From NCBI GenBank assembly GCA_965237375.1, contig CBDEFI010000002.1, forward strand, positions 15,911 through 79,910: a DNA stretch of 64,000 nt, written 5' to 3'. Under the pieces are notes generated by a model. That model made no database searches and had not been told where the DNA came from. It saw nothing but the letters and a program-made list of their open reading frames with translations. This document shows positions 9,086 through 21,509 of this stretch, piece by piece. The position numbers and the translations under genes were made by a program. Origin of the DNA: Acidimicrobiales bacterium. Lineage in GTDB: Bacteria > Actinomycetota > Acidimicrobiia > Acidimicrobiales > CATQHL01. How positions within the stretch are numbered: the first letter of the stretch is position 1; the number at the start of each line of letters is the position of its first letter.

Positions 9086-10498
9086 TTAGGCGGCCGCCCG
9101 GGCCTCGGCGAGCCAGGTGTCCACCAGGTTGCGGTTGTCGGCTATCCATTCGGCGGCGTGGTTGGCGACGTCGACCTCGGTGTTCTCGCCGGCCTCGTAG
9201 CGGACGTTCTGCAAGGCGACGTCGAGAACGTCGATGGTGAACAACTCGAAGAGTTTGGCGGCTGCCGGGTTACCGGCCAGGAAGTTGTTGTTGGCCACGA
9301 CGGTGATGTCCGATGGCGCGAAACCCATGAGGCAGGGCTGCGCCGGGCACTGGTTCTCGGGCAGTGCCGCCGGTTGCGCCTGATCGAGGGCGGCGCGGGG
9401 GAAGGAGAGCCAGTAGGCGTTCTGGCCGGGTGTGAGCGTGATGATGTAGGCGGTGGGGGTCCACATGTAGATCAGGACCGGCTCGCCGGCCTCCAGGTCC
9501 ACCCGTTCCTGTTCCCACAGGGCGAACCAGTCGGCGGAGACCTGCTCGATGCTGTCGTCCCAGCCGTTGAGGGTGATCGTGGTGTTGATCACGTCCTTGC
9601 ATCCCCAGCCGTCGTCACAGCCGGATATTTCGGCCAACCCGTTGCCGTCACTGTCCCAGGGTCCGGGGTTGGCGGCGATGTCGGCCATGGAGGTCACGCC
9701 GAACTCGTCGGCGGTTTTCCTGTCGGCGAGCAGTCCCTGCAGGGCGCCTACGGGTATCGCCTTGCCGACGGCGCTGACGTAGTCGCCGATGACCCCGCCG
9801 TCGGGTAGTTCGATCTCCAGATCCTCCGCGAACAGGTACTGATCGTGCGACGGGAACCAGCCGTGCCCCCAGAAGTCCAACTCCCCTCTGGCCAGCATCG
9901 GATAGAAGTCGGCCGGTGTGAGCGTTGCCGCGGCAGGGTCGCCGACCGTGTAGTCGAGTTCTTCGAGGAGTGACCGGAGTATCGCCGCCTGCATGTAGCC
10001 GGAACTCCAGTTGGCTCGCGCCATGGTTACCTCGACCCCCGCGCCGGGACCGCGCACGGCGCCGGCGGTCTCGCCGAGCGAGGCGGGCTGCGCAGCGGCT
10101 ATCTCCTCGGCACGGCCGAGGGCTTGGCGTGCCGCTTCCGACGCAGCGCCCACCGCAGCGGCCGCCGCAGCGATCATCGCCGGATCGTCCACCGCGACGG
10201 CCTGTGCGAGGTCGGCCGTTGCGAGGGCGAGATTCAGTGCCATCTCTGCCATCTGCGCCTGCGCCGCTGCGGATGCGGCGACCCCTTCAGCGGTCGCCTG
10301 CGCCGACTGGGCCGTCGAAAGAGCCACCAGGGCGGTCGACGCGGCGGCCCCATCGGAGGAGTCGTCCGCGAGACTGCATGCCGAAGCCGTCAGTGCCGTC
10401 AACCCGACAACGGCCCCGCACAGCAGCCACGCTGAACGACCCCGCAAACGTCGGTCGGAGCGGCTCGGCGAGTGGGCAGAGCGGCTTTTCAGAAACAT
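9086..10498 (-). CDS. Glycine betaine/osmoprotectant-type ABC substrate-binding lipoprotein (OpuAC/ProX-like) with a long Ala-rich N-terminal linker
   Basis: Start chosen at MFLKSRS... (ATG 10498, in frame with track ORF 9086..10975). Lipobox LTASAC. C-terminal ~330 aa (ARANWSSGYMQAAIL...DFWGHGWFPSHD...MWTPTAY) resemble ProX/OpuAC. Confidence 0.75.
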   Translation of the reverse strand: MFLKSRSAHSPSRSDRRLRGRSAWLLCGAVVGLTALTASACSLADDSSDGAAASTALVALSTAQSAQATAEGVAASAAAQAQMAEMALNLALATADLAQAVAVDDPAMIAAAAAAVGAASEAARQALGRAEEIAAAQPASLGETAGAVRGPGAGVEVTMARANWSSGYMQAAILRSLLEELDYTVGDPAAATLTPADFYPMLARGELDFWGHGWFPSHDQYLFAEDLEIELPDGGVIGDYVSAVGKAIPVGALQGLLADRKTADEFGVTSMADIAANPGPWDSDGNGLAEISGCDDGWGCKDVINTTITLNGWDDSIEQVSADWFALWEQERVDLEAGEPVLIYMWTPTAYIITLTPGQNAYWLSFPRAALDQAQPAALPENQCPAQPCLMGFAPSDITVVANNNFLAGNPAAAKLFELFTIDVLDVALQNVRYEAGENTEVDVANHAAEWIADNRNLVDTWLAEARAAA

Positions 10499-10580
10499 GG
10501 CAACAACACGTTGACCGAGGCTTTTTCCTGCATCCATTTCCAGAACTTCCGGTTGATCAATCAGCCGGTCAGTGTAGTGA

Positions 10581-13513
<2,933 letters not shown>

Positions 13514-13515
13514 CG

Positions 13516-14499
13516 TCAGGCACGGGGCAAGAACCCGACCACCTGACGCACCCTGTCCATGGTGGCGGTGGCCACGTCGGCGGCGGTCTCGGCGCCCGCC
13601 GCGAGCGTCCGCCCGGTCTCGGCCGGATCGGCGCTCAACTCGGCGAAGCGTCGTTGAATGGGGGCCAGCATCTCGACGAGCGCTTCGGCGCAGTCGGCCT
13701 TCAGCGGCCCGTAGCGGTCGTAGGCGGCGGCCACCTCCAGCGGCGTGCGGTGTGTGGCCGCGCCCAGGATCTCCAGCAGGTTCGAGACCCCCGGCTTCGC
13801 CTCCCGGTCGAAGCGCACCTCCGGCTCGCTGTCGGTGACCGCTCGGCGGACCTTGCGGCGGACCACGTCGGGGTCGTCCAGTAGCCAGATCGTCCCAGGA
13901 GCGTCGCCGAGCGACTTGGACATCTTGCGGGTGGGGTCCTGCAGGTCCATCACCCTGGCGCCCGCGGGCGGGATGCGGTGCTCGGGCACCACGAGTACGT
14001 CGCCGTAGCGGGCGTTGAAACGGTGGGCGATGTCGCGGGTCAACTCCAGGTGCTGGCGCTGGTCGTCGCCCACCGGTACCACATCGGTGTCGTAGATCAG
14101 GATGTCCGCGGCCTGCAGCACCGGGTAGGTGAACAGGGCCGCCGAGACGAAGTTGGCACCGTCGGCCTTGTCCTTGAATTGGTGCATCCGCCGCAGTTCG
14201 CCGAATCCGGCGGTGCATTCCAGAATCCACGACAGCTCGGTGTGCTCGGGAATGTGGCTCTGCACGAACAGCACGCAGATCTCGGGGTCGAGGCCCGAGG
14301 CCATCAGCAGTTGCGCGAGGCGCAGCGTGGCGGCCTGCAGTTCGGCGGGATCCTGCGGCACGGTGATGGCGTGCAGGTCCACGATCGGGTGAAACGACTC
14401 GTGCGTGTGCTGGTCGGCCACCCAGTTCCGCAGGGCACCCAGCAGGTTGCCCAAGTGCACGTCGCCACTCGGCTGAATCCCCGACAGAATACGCCGCAC
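13516..14499 (-). CDS. trpS: Tryptophan--tRNA ligase
   Basis: GIQPSGDVHLGNLLG (HIGH-type) and KMSKS motifs. 327 aa, typical TrpS length. Confidence 0.95.
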   Translation of the reverse strand: MRRILSGIQPSGDVHLGNLLGALRNWVADQHTHESFHPIVDLHAITVPQDPAELQAATLRLAQLLMASGLDPEICVLFVQSHIPEHTELSWILECTAGFGELRRMHQFKDKADGANFVSAALFTYPVLQAADILIYDTDVVPVGDDQRQHLELTRDIAHRFNARYGDVLVVPEHRIPPAGARVMDLQDPTRKMSKSLGDAPGTIWLLDDPDVVRRKVRRAVTDSEPEVRFDREAKPGVSNLLEILGAATHRTPLEVAAAYDRYGPLKADCAEALVEMLAPIQRRFAELSADPAETGRTLAAGAETAADVATATMDRVRQVVGFLPRA

Positions 14500-14559
14500 C
14501 CCAAGAGGCTAGCCACCGCGACCCGCAACGATCCACCGCACCGTTGTGATCCCATCTCT

Positions 14560-14731
14560 CGTCATCCCGGCACAGGGGCACCCCCCGTCATCCCGGCGGA
14601 GAGCCTGCCCCGGGCTTGATCCGGGGCCGGGATCCACTGCCGCAGCCACCCGACTCGCGGTTACTGACCCCCTCCGTCGTCATCCCGGCGGAGGCCGGGA
14701 TCCACTGCCGCAGCCACCCGACTCGCGGTTA
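14560..14731 (+). repeat. Three REP-like hairpin repeats (one partial, one with a nested extra hairpin, one canonical)
   Basis: gtcatcccggcacagg (14561). cgtcatcccggcggagagcctgccccgggcttgatccggggccgggatccactgccgcagccacccgactcgcgg (14586-14663). cgtcatcccggcggaggccgggatccactgccgcagccacccgactcgcgg (14677-14731). Confidence 0.88.
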
Positions 14732-14772
14732 TCGCGGGCGTCGGGTCCGGGGGGTGGGGGAGTGCGACATCT

Positions 14773-15543
14773 ATGCTCGCGGGCATGGGTGTTCAGGTGC
14801 ACACCCCTCAGTTCGAGGGGCCGTTGGACCTGCTGCTGCATCTCATCCTGCGCAAGGAGATCGACCTGTACGAGATCTCCCTGGCATCGATCGTGGACGC
14901 CTACCTCGACGAGATCGCCCGCATGGAGACGTTCGATCTGGACGGGGCCACGGAGTTCCTGCTCATCGCCGCCACGCTCGTGGACCTCAAGAGCCGCCGC
15001 CTGCTGCCGGACCTCGATGACGGCGACACCGCCGAGATCGAACTCCTGGAGGAACGTGACCGGTTGCTGGCACGCCTGCTGGAGTGCAAGACGTTCAAGA
15101 ACGCAGTTGTGGTCTTCGAGGAACTGGCCGCCGTGGCCGCCCTGTCACAGCCGCGCCTCGTCGGCCCCGAGGCCCACTTCCTCGACCTGATGCCCAACCT
15201 GCTGGCCGGCGTCCGGCCCGAGGACCTGGCCGTCGCCTGCGCCCGTGCCCTGCGTGCCCGGTCGGCACCCGAGGTGGATCTGTCGCACCTCCCGCAGAGC
15301 ACCCTGCAGGTGGGTGACGTCGTGGCCGACCTGGCGATCCGGCTGCCCGAACAGGGCCGGCTGACGTTCCGGGAGCTGACGAGGTCGCTACAGAGTCGGC
15401 GGGAGGTCGTCGTGCACTTCCTGGCCCTGCTGGAGCTGTTCAAACAGGGCCAGGTGGAGTTGCACCAGGCCGCCCGGTTCGGCGGGATCGTCGTGGAGTG
15501 GTCCGCGCCGGAGGCCGCCTCCGTGCAACTATCGGGCCGATGA
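14773..15543 (+). CDS. scpA: Segregation and condensation protein A
   Basis: FEGPLDLLLHLILRKEIDLYEISLASIVDAYL is the typical ScpA N-terminus. Followed by scpB with an ATGA overlap. Confidence 0.9.
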   Translation: MLAGMGVQVHTPQFEGPLDLLLHLILRKEIDLYEISLASIVDAYLDEIARMETFDLDGATEFLLIAATLVDLKSRRLLPDLDDGDTAEIELLEERDRLLARLLECKTFKNAVVVFEELAAVAALSQPRLVGPEAHFLDLMPNLLAGVRPEDLAVACARALRARSAPEVDLSHLPQSTLQVGDVVADLAIRLPEQGRLTFRELTRSLQSRREVVVHFLALLELFKQGQVELHQAARFGGIVVEWSAPEAASVQLSGR

Positions 15544-16262
15544 TGGACGACGAGCGTCGCCGGGCGCTGGAGGCCATCTTGATGGTCACCACCGAGCCGG
15601 TACCGCCGCAGGTGCTGGCGCAACTGCTGGAGTGCCCGCTCGTCGAGGTGGAGGCCGCCCTGGTGCTGCTGGGGGAGGAGTGCGCCGGCCGGGGATTCGT
15701 GCTGCAGAAGGTGGCCGGCGGTTACCGCTTCGCCAGCCATCCCGACTGTGCCCCCTACGTGGAGCGTTTCGTGCTGGCGAGGGAACCGGCGCGGCTGTCG
15801 GCGGCGGCGATGGAGACGCTCGGGATCGTGGCCTACCGGCAGCCGGTCTCGCGGGCGCAGATCGCCGCCATCAGGGGTGTCAACGTGGACAGCGTGGTGC
15901 GGACACTGCAGCGGCGGGGCCTCGTGGATGCCGTGGCCCGTGACCCCGGACCGGGCAACGCCGTGCTGTTCGGGACGACGCCGCTGTTCCTGGAGCGTCT
16001 GGGGTTGGACTCACCGGCCGATCTGCCCCCGCTGACGGACTTCGTGCCCGACGCCGACGTCGTGGAGGCACTCGACGCGGCGTTGCGCACGGCCTCCCGC
16101 GCCGAGAACGCCGAAGCGGCCGACGATGAGCCGGCCGACGATGAGCCGGCCGAGGACGCCATGCCGTCCGATGCCGAGCGGTCCGACGCCGATTCACCCC
16201 CGTCGCCGCTCGATCGGTTCCTGTCCGAGCCGACCCCGCCGCCGCCAGATCCGCCGGCGTGA
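15540..16262 (+). CDS. scpB: Segregation and condensation protein B
   Basis: MMDDERRRALEAILMV..., GYRFASHP..., AAMETLGIVAYRQPVSRAQIAAIRGV winged-helix repeats. Start 15540 chosen inside track ORF 15498..16262. Confidence 0.9.
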   Translation: MMDDERRRALEAILMVTTEPVPPQVLAQLLECPLVEVEAALVLLGEECAGRGFVLQKVAGGYRFASHPDCAPYVERFVLAREPARLSAAAMETLGIVAYRQPVSRAQIAAIRGVNVDSVVRTLQRRGLVDAVARDPGPGNAVLFGTTPLFLERLGLDSPADLPPLTDFVPDADVVEALDAALRTASRAENAEAADDEPADDEPAEDAMPSDAERSDADSPPSPLDRFLSEPTPPPPDPPA

Positions 16263-17020
16263 CCGACCCTGCACCCGCCCACGGCGGCGAGCGCCTGCAG
16301 AAGGTCCTGGCCGCCGCCGGTGTGGCCAGCCGGCGCCACGTGGAGGAGATGGTGCGCGACGGGCGTATCAGGGTGAACGGTCGGCCCGCTCGCCTCGGCC
16401 AGAGGATCGATCCCGACACCGACACGGTGGAGGTGGACGGCTCGCCCGTCAGCCTGCGCAGCGACCTCGTCTACTACCTCCTGAACAAGCCGACCGGCGT
16501 CGTGAGCACCGCCTCGGACCCCCAGGGCCGCCCCACGGTGTTGGACCGCCTGCCCGCCGAGCCGCGCGTCTACCCGGTGGGGCGCCTGGACATGGACAGC
16601 GAGGGCCTGCTGCTGCTCACCAACGACGGTGACCTGGCCGGCCGTGTGATGCACCCCTCGAGCGGCTGCGAGAAGGAGTACCTGGTGGGCGTCGAGGGTA
16701 AAACCACCGCCGGCGCGCTCCGGGCGCTGCGCCAGGGTGTTGAACTCTCCGACGGCCCCACTGCGCCGGCGCGGGTGTCGAGCCCGCAGCTGCGGCTGCT
16801 GCGCATCGTCGTGACGGAGGGGCGCAACCGCCAGGTGCGGCGGATGTGCGCCGCCGTGGGTCTGACCGTCACGCGGCTGGTGCGCACCCGCATCGGCCCG
16901 CTGCGCGACCTGCACCTGCGCCCCGGCGAGTGGCGGGAACTCACGCAGGCCGAGTTGCGGTCGCTCGAGGCGGGCCTGGCCCGCTCCGAGCCGTGGGAAC
17001 CGCCGGCGCCAAGGGAGTGA
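16259..17020 (+). CDS. rluB: Pseudouridine synthase, RsuA/RluB family
   Basis: S4 domain (RLQKVLAAAGVASRRHVEEMVRDGRIRVNG) and catalytic PVGRLDMDSEGLLLLTNDG. Confidence 0.9.
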   Translation: MTDPAPAHGGERLQKVLAAAGVASRRHVEEMVRDGRIRVNGRPARLGQRIDPDTDTVEVDGSPVSLRSDLVYYLLNKPTGVVSTASDPQGRPTVLDRLPAEPRVYPVGRLDMDSEGLLLLTNDGDLAGRVMHPSSGCEKEYLVGVEGKTTAGALRALRQGVELSDGPTAPARVSSPQLRLLRIVVTEGRNRQVRRMCAAVGLTVTRLVRTRIGPLRDLHLRPGEWRELTQAELRSLEAGLARSEPWEPPAPRE

Positions 17021-17093
17021 GAACCCCGCCTCCAACCCCCCGATCGACCGCCGGTCCGGGCGGCCGCCACGGAGGTCGGTAGAATCCACTGCC

Positions 17094-17465
17094 GTGCCTC
17101 GGCTTCTGCGCGCTCTGCGGGGCGCGGTCACCATCACGGAGGACACCCCTGAGGAGGTGGCCGTTCAGGTTGCGTTGTTGCTGCGCGAGGCCTTCACCCG
17201 CAACGGCGTCGCTGCTGAGGATCTCGTCAGCATCTTCTTCACCGCCACCGACGACGTGCGCTCGGCGTTTCCCGCGCAGGCGGCCAGGGAACAGCTCGGC
17301 CTCGGCGACGTGCCGCTGCTGTGCGCCCGGGAGTTGAACATCGAGGGCGCCCTACCTGGCGTGATCCGGATGATGGCCCACTTCTACACCGACCGCGCCC
17401 GTGACGAGGTCGAGCACGTGTACCTGGGATCGGCGTCCGCCCTGCGCCCCGATCTGGACGTCTGA
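17094..17465 (+). CDS. aroH: Chorismate mutase, AroH class
   Basis: 123 aa. LRALRGAVTI...DLVSIFFTATDDVRSAFPA...VIRMMAHFYTD...LRPDL matches the Bacillus-type AroH layout. Confidence 0.85.
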   Translation: MPRLLRALRGAVTITEDTPEEVAVQVALLLREAFTRNGVAAEDLVSIFFTATDDVRSAFPAQAAREQLGLGDVPLLCARELNIEGALPGVIRMMAHFYTDRARDEVEHVYLGSASALRPDLDV

Positions 17466-17474
17466 GCACCGGCC

Positions 17475-18560
17475 ATGGGGTTGGGTGCGCCCGTTGCCGC
17501 CGTCGGCAGTGTCCAGATACAGGGCCTGGGGCTGATCGGCGGTTCCATCGGGCTCAGCCTGCGCGACGCGGGCTGGTGGGTGACCGGCTGGGACATCGAC
17601 GAACTACGGGCCCGTCAGGCTCTGCGCCTGGGGGCGGTGCATGACATCGGGCAGAATCCCGACGCCGACGTGACGTTCGTCGCCACGCCGACGGCGGCCA
17701 TCTCGCCGCTTGTCCACGATGCCCTCGCCGGCGGCAATGGCGTTGTGACCGACGTGGGCAGCGTGAAGGGTCCGATCTGTGCCGCCGTGGAGCACCCCCG
17801 GTTCGTGGGCGGCCACCCCATGGCGGGCAGCGAGCAGATGGGCATCGCCGGCGCCCGCTCCGACATGTTCAGCGGGGCCGTGTGGGTCCTGACCCCCGGG
17901 TCGGCCACCCTCGACGAGACCTATGCGGCGGTGCGTTCGGTGGTGGCCGACATGGGCGCCGAGGCGGTGACGATGCCACCCGATCTGCACGACACCCTGG
18001 TGTCGGTTGTCTCCCACGTACCGCACCTCACCGCGGCGGTGCTGATGCGCCTCGCCGACGAGCGGACCGCCGAGCGGACGGTCCTGCAGCGCCTTGCCGC
18101 CGGCGGTTTCAGGGACATGACCCGGGTGGCAGCGGGCAGCTCCGACATCTGGCTGGATATCTGCGACGCCAACCGGACGGCTATCTGCACCTCGCTGGAC
18201 CGTCTCATCGAGGCGCTCGGCGAGGTGCGGGACATCGTCCACCGCAGCGACCGGGAGGGGCTGAGCGGCCTGCTGGAGCGGGCCCGGATCGCACGGGCCA
18301 ACCTGCCCACGGGGATCCCCTCCGACGTGGCGCTGGCCGTGCTGCGGGTTCCTATCAAGGACCGTCCCGGCGAGGTTGCCCGGATCGCCACCCTGGCCAC
18401 CGAGATCGACGTGAACATCTACGACCTGGAGATCGCACACTCCCCCGAGGGGGACAGGGGTGTGCTGATCATGGTCGTGTCCGCCGATCTGGCGGAACGT
18501 CTGCAGGGTGCCCTGATCGGCGACGGCTACAACCCCTCCCTGCGGCACCTGGGCGTCTGA
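17475..18560 (+). CDS. tyrA: Prephenate dehydrogenase
   Basis: NAD-binding GLGLIGGSIG, HPMAGSE catalytic region, C-terminal ACT-like segment. Sits in an aromatic amino acid operon. Confidence 0.9.
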   Translation: MGLGAPVAAVGSVQIQGLGLIGGSIGLSLRDAGWWVTGWDIDELRARQALRLGAVHDIGQNPDADVTFVATPTAAISPLVHDALAGGNGVVTDVGSVKGPICAAVEHPRFVGGHPMAGSEQMGIAGARSDMFSGAVWVLTPGSATLDETYAAVRSVVADMGAEAVTMPPDLHDTLVSVVSHVPHLTAAVLMRLADERTAERTVLQRLAAGGFRDMTRVAAGSSDIWLDICDANRTAICTSLDRLIEALGEVRDIVHRSDREGLSGLLERARIARANLPTGIPSDVALAVLRVPIKDRPGEVARIATLATEIDVNIYDLEIAHSPEGDRGVLIMVVSADLAERLQGALIGDGYNPSLRHLGV

Positions 18561-18564
18561 GACG

Positions 18565-19896
18565 GTGGGCGGTCGGATCCTGGGCGACTGTGGCGCTGGT
18601 GGTGGGGGCGCCGGCGACGGGGTTCTCTCCGTGCGCGCCGGCGGGCCGGTGCGCGGCGAGTTGCGGGTGCCCGGCGACAAGTCCATCTCGCATCGGGCGT
18701 TGCTGCTGGCCGCCCTGGCCGACGGCACGTCGGAGATTTCCGGGCTGTCCGACGGCGAGGACGTGGCCGCCACGGCCGGCGCTGTGACCGCACTCGGGGC
18801 GGTGGTGGAAGCCGCCGGCAGGTCGGCGGGGTCGCTGCGGGTTAGGGGAGGAACGCTGCGGGCGCCGGCCGGCGCCATCGACGTGGGCAACTCGGGTACC
18901 GGTATCCGCCTGCTGGCCGGCATCGCCGCCGGCTGCCCGTTCACCACCGTCCTCGGCGGCGACGCCTCGGTGAACAGCCGCCCCATGAGCCGCGTGACCG
19001 AACCGCTGCGGCTGATGGGCGCCGACGTGCAGGGCGCCGACGGCGGCAACCGTGCACCGCTGCGCATCACCGGCGGCCGGCTGCGGGGCATCCGCTGGGA
19101 GCCCCCGATGGCGAGCGCGCAGGTGAAGGGAGCGCTGCTGCTGGCCGGGCTCTTCGCCTCCGGCGAGACGGTGGTGCGCGAACCGATCCCCACGCGCGCC
19201 CACACCGAGGAAATGCTGGCCGCCTACGGGGCCGACGTGCGTATCGCCGGCGGCGAGGTGGCGGTGCGGGCCTCCCGGCCGTCGCCGTTCGTGTGCGCCG
19301 TGCCGGGCGACCCGTCAGCGGCCGCCGTCTGGATCGTGGCCGCGGCCATCGTTGCCGGCAGCGACGTGACGGTCCACGACGTGTACCTGGGGCCGGGCCG
19401 CGACGGCTTCGTGCGGGTACTGCAACGCATGGGCGCCCTCCTGTTGGTGACGCCGACAGGCGACCGGCGGGCGCGCCTGACCTGCCGGTACGGTCCGCTG
19501 CGGGCGGTAACGGTTGCGGCGGGCGAGGTGCCCGACCTGATCGACGAGATCCCGGTCCTGGCGGTGGCGGCCGCTGCTGCGGAGGGCACCAGCCGGTTCG
19601 AGGGGGCCGGCGAGCTGCGCCACAAGGAAAGCGACCGGTTGGCAAGCGTGCTGGATGGCTTGGCGGCGCTCGGTGCCGCCGCCGAGGTGGACGGCGACAC
19701 GCTGGTGGTGCACGGGGGGACGCCGCTGGGTGGCGGAACGGTGGACGCGGCCGGCGACCACCGCATCGCCATGGCGTTCTGCGTGGGCGGCCTCGCCGCG
19801 ACGCCGGGTGCCGAGACCACGGTGCGGGGCTGGGAGTCGGTGCGCACCAGCTATCCCGGCTTCATCGCCGATCTCCGAAGGTGCCGGGCGTCGTGA
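18565..19896 (+). CDS. aroA: 3-phosphoshikimate 1-carboxyvinyltransferase (EPSP synthase)
   Basis: VPGDKSISHRALLLAALADG, LGNSGTGIRLLAG and DHRIAMAF motifs. Confidence 0.95.
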   Translation: MGGRILGDCGAGGGGAGDGVLSVRAGGPVRGELRVPGDKSISHRALLLAALADGTSEISGLSDGEDVAATAGAVTALGAVVEAAGRSAGSLRVRGGTLRAPAGAIDVGNSGTGIRLLAGIAAGCPFTTVLGGDASVNSRPMSRVTEPLRLMGADVQGADGGNRAPLRITGGRLRGIRWEPPMASAQVKGALLLAGLFASGETVVREPIPTRAHTEEMLAAYGADVRIAGGEVAVRASRPSPFVCAVPGDPSAAAVWIVAAAIVAGSDVTVHDVYLGPGRDGFVRVLQRMGALLLVTPTGDRRARLTCRYGPLRAVTVAAGEVPDLIDEIPVLAVAAAAAEGTSRFEGAGELRHKESDRLASVLDGLAALGAAAEVDGDTLVVHGGTPLGGGTVDAAGDHRIAMAFCVGGLAATPGAETTVRGWESVRTSYPGFIADLRRCRAS

Positions 19897-20555
19897 GCCG
19901 GCCGCAGGTGGCCATCGACGGCCCTGGCGGCGCCGGCAAGACGTCGGTGGCGCGGGCGGTGGCTGCGAGGTTGGACGTCGAGTGCCTCGACACCGGTGCC
20001 ATGTACCGGGCCGTGGCCGCCGCCGTGCTGCACCGGGGATTGGATCCCGCCAACAGCGAGGCGGTCGCCGGCGTGGCCGCTGCGGTGGTCGCCACCATCG
20101 ACGTACAGGAGCGATCGGTTCTCCTCGAGGGCACTGATGTGACCGAGGAGATCCGCGGCTCGGAGGTCACCTCGGTGGTCAGCGCCGTGGCGGCCAACCC
20201 GAAGGTGCGCCGGGTGATGGTGCAACGCCAGCAGTCCTGGGCCCGCGAGCGCGACGGCTGCGTGATGGAGGGACGCGACATCACCACCGTCGTGCTGACC
20301 GGCGCCGACGTGAAGGTCTACCTGACCGCCGATGCGCAGATCAGGGCGCGGCGGCGGTCGGGGGAGTCCGGTGGCAACGAGGCCGCGGTGCGGGCGGCGC
20401 TGTCGGAGCGCGACCACCGCGACAGCAGCCGCTCCCACGCCCCCCTGCCGCCGCCCGACGGTCTGGCGGAGGACATCCGGGTGATCGACACCACGTACCG
20501 CACCGTCGACGACGTCGTGGCGGAGATCATGCAGATGATCGAGGAGTCGACGTGA
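19893..20555 (+). CDS. cmk: Cytidylate kinase
   Basis: GTG 19893 overlaps the aroA stop (GTGA). VAIDGPGGAGKTSVARAVA...LDTGAMYRA. Confidence 0.93.
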   Translation: MSRPQVAIDGPGGAGKTSVARAVAARLDVECLDTGAMYRAVAAAVLHRGLDPANSEAVAGVAAAVVATIDVQERSVLLEGTDVTEEIRGSEVTSVVSAVAANPKVRRVMVQRQQSWARERDGCVMEGRDITTVVLTGADVKVYLTADAQIRARRRSGESGGNEAAVRAALSERDHRDSSRSHAPLPPPDGLAEDIRVIDTTYRTVDDVVAEIMQMIEEST

Positions 20556-20705
20556 GAACCAGAGCCGGCGGGCCGCTCCCGCAGTGCCCGTCGCCGCCGT
20601 CGAGAGGTTCGGACCGTGCGGACTATGCGGAATCCGGCGTGAGAACCGGGGCCGGCGGGTCGCTCGCGCCGTGCCCGTCGCCGCCGTCGAGAAAAGGGAG
20701 GGTTC
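20551..20705 (+). repeat. Diverged tandem duplication of the cmk-stop/plsC-start junction (period 87 bp)
   Basis: cgtgagaaccagagccggcgggccgctcccgcagtgcccgtcgccgccgtcgaga (20551-) versus cgtgagaaccggggccggcgggtcgctcgcgccgtgcccgtcgccgccgtcgaga (20638-). About 90% identical over ~54 nt. Confidence 0.85.
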
Positions 20706-20706
20706 T

Positions 20707-21474
20707 GTGAACCTGACGTCCGACGAGCGCCACGAGAGCGCCCCTTCGGAAGATCTGCTCCACGGCGGCGCCACGTTCGGCGCGCCGGTGCCGTGGACCG
20801 GATTCCTCCTGCACGGCCTGCTGAAAAACCTGATACTGCTGGTCGCGGTCACGTACCTGCGGATGCGCTGGCGAGGAAGGAGGCGGGTCCCGAAGGGGGC
20901 GGTGATCGTCGCCCCGGCCGGGCACCGATCCAACCTGGACACCCCCCTCATCGGCGGGGTGATGTCCCGGCAGTTGCGCTACATGGCCAAGAGTTCCCTG
21001 TTCAAGAGCCCCTTCTGGACGCGTTTCTTTGTGGCGGTGGGGGCGTTTCCCACCGAGCGCGACCGGGTGGACCGGCGGGCGCTCCGGTGCGCCCGGGACG
21101 TTCTGGGACGCGGCGATCCCCTTGTCGTGTTCCCCGAGGGCGAGCGCAAGACCGGCCCACGGGTGCAGCCCCTGCTCGACGGCCCTATCTGGTTGTCGAT
21201 CATGACCGGCGCGCCGATCCTGCCGGTGGGCATCGGCGGTTCCGAGCGGGCCATGCCCCGCAAGGCGCTCATCCCGCGGCCCCGTCGGGTGCGCGTCGTC
21301 TTCGGCGGTCTCATCACCGCCCCGCTGCCCACCGCCGGCCGTCGCACCGTCACCCGCCGCCAACGGGCCGAGGCGAGCGAGCGCCTGCGCGAGATTCTGC
21401 AGGATCTGTTCGACGAGGCTCAGGCCTGGGCCGGCAGCCCCAACCCACCCCGCACCGACACCACCGACGACTAG
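20707..21474 (+). CDS. plsC: 1-acyl-sn-glycerol-3-phosphate acyltransferase
   Basis: GTG 20707 with AAGGGAGGG 6 nt upstream. HX4D motif (GHRSNLD) and FPEGER motif. Same frame as track ORF 20584..21474. Confidence 0.85.
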   Translation: MNLTSDERHESAPSEDLLHGGATFGAPVPWTGFLLHGLLKNLILLVAVTYLRMRWRGRRRVPKGAVIVAPAGHRSNLDTPLIGGVMSRQLRYMAKSSLFKSPFWTRFFVAVGAFPTERDRVDRRALRCARDVLGRGDPLVVFPEGERKTGPRVQPLLDGPIWLSIMTGAPILPVGIGGSERAMPRKALIPRPRRVRVVFGGLITAPLPTAGRRTVTRRQRAEASERLREILQDLFDEAQAWAGSPNPPRTDTTDD

Positions 21475-21509
21475 AAACGGTCCACGGCGACGTCAACGTC
21501 GCCGCCCGT

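Noticed and set aside
8765-9808. 347-aa plus-strand ORF overlapping the ProX-like gene.
   Set aside because: It lies antisense to a gene with clear ProX/OpuAC similarity, and its composition is typical of GC-rich shadow ORFs.
14500-14772. T-box or other leader RNA upstream of trpS.
   Set aside because: The region is fully accounted for by three REP-like repeats. I could not see a specifier loop or T-box consensus.
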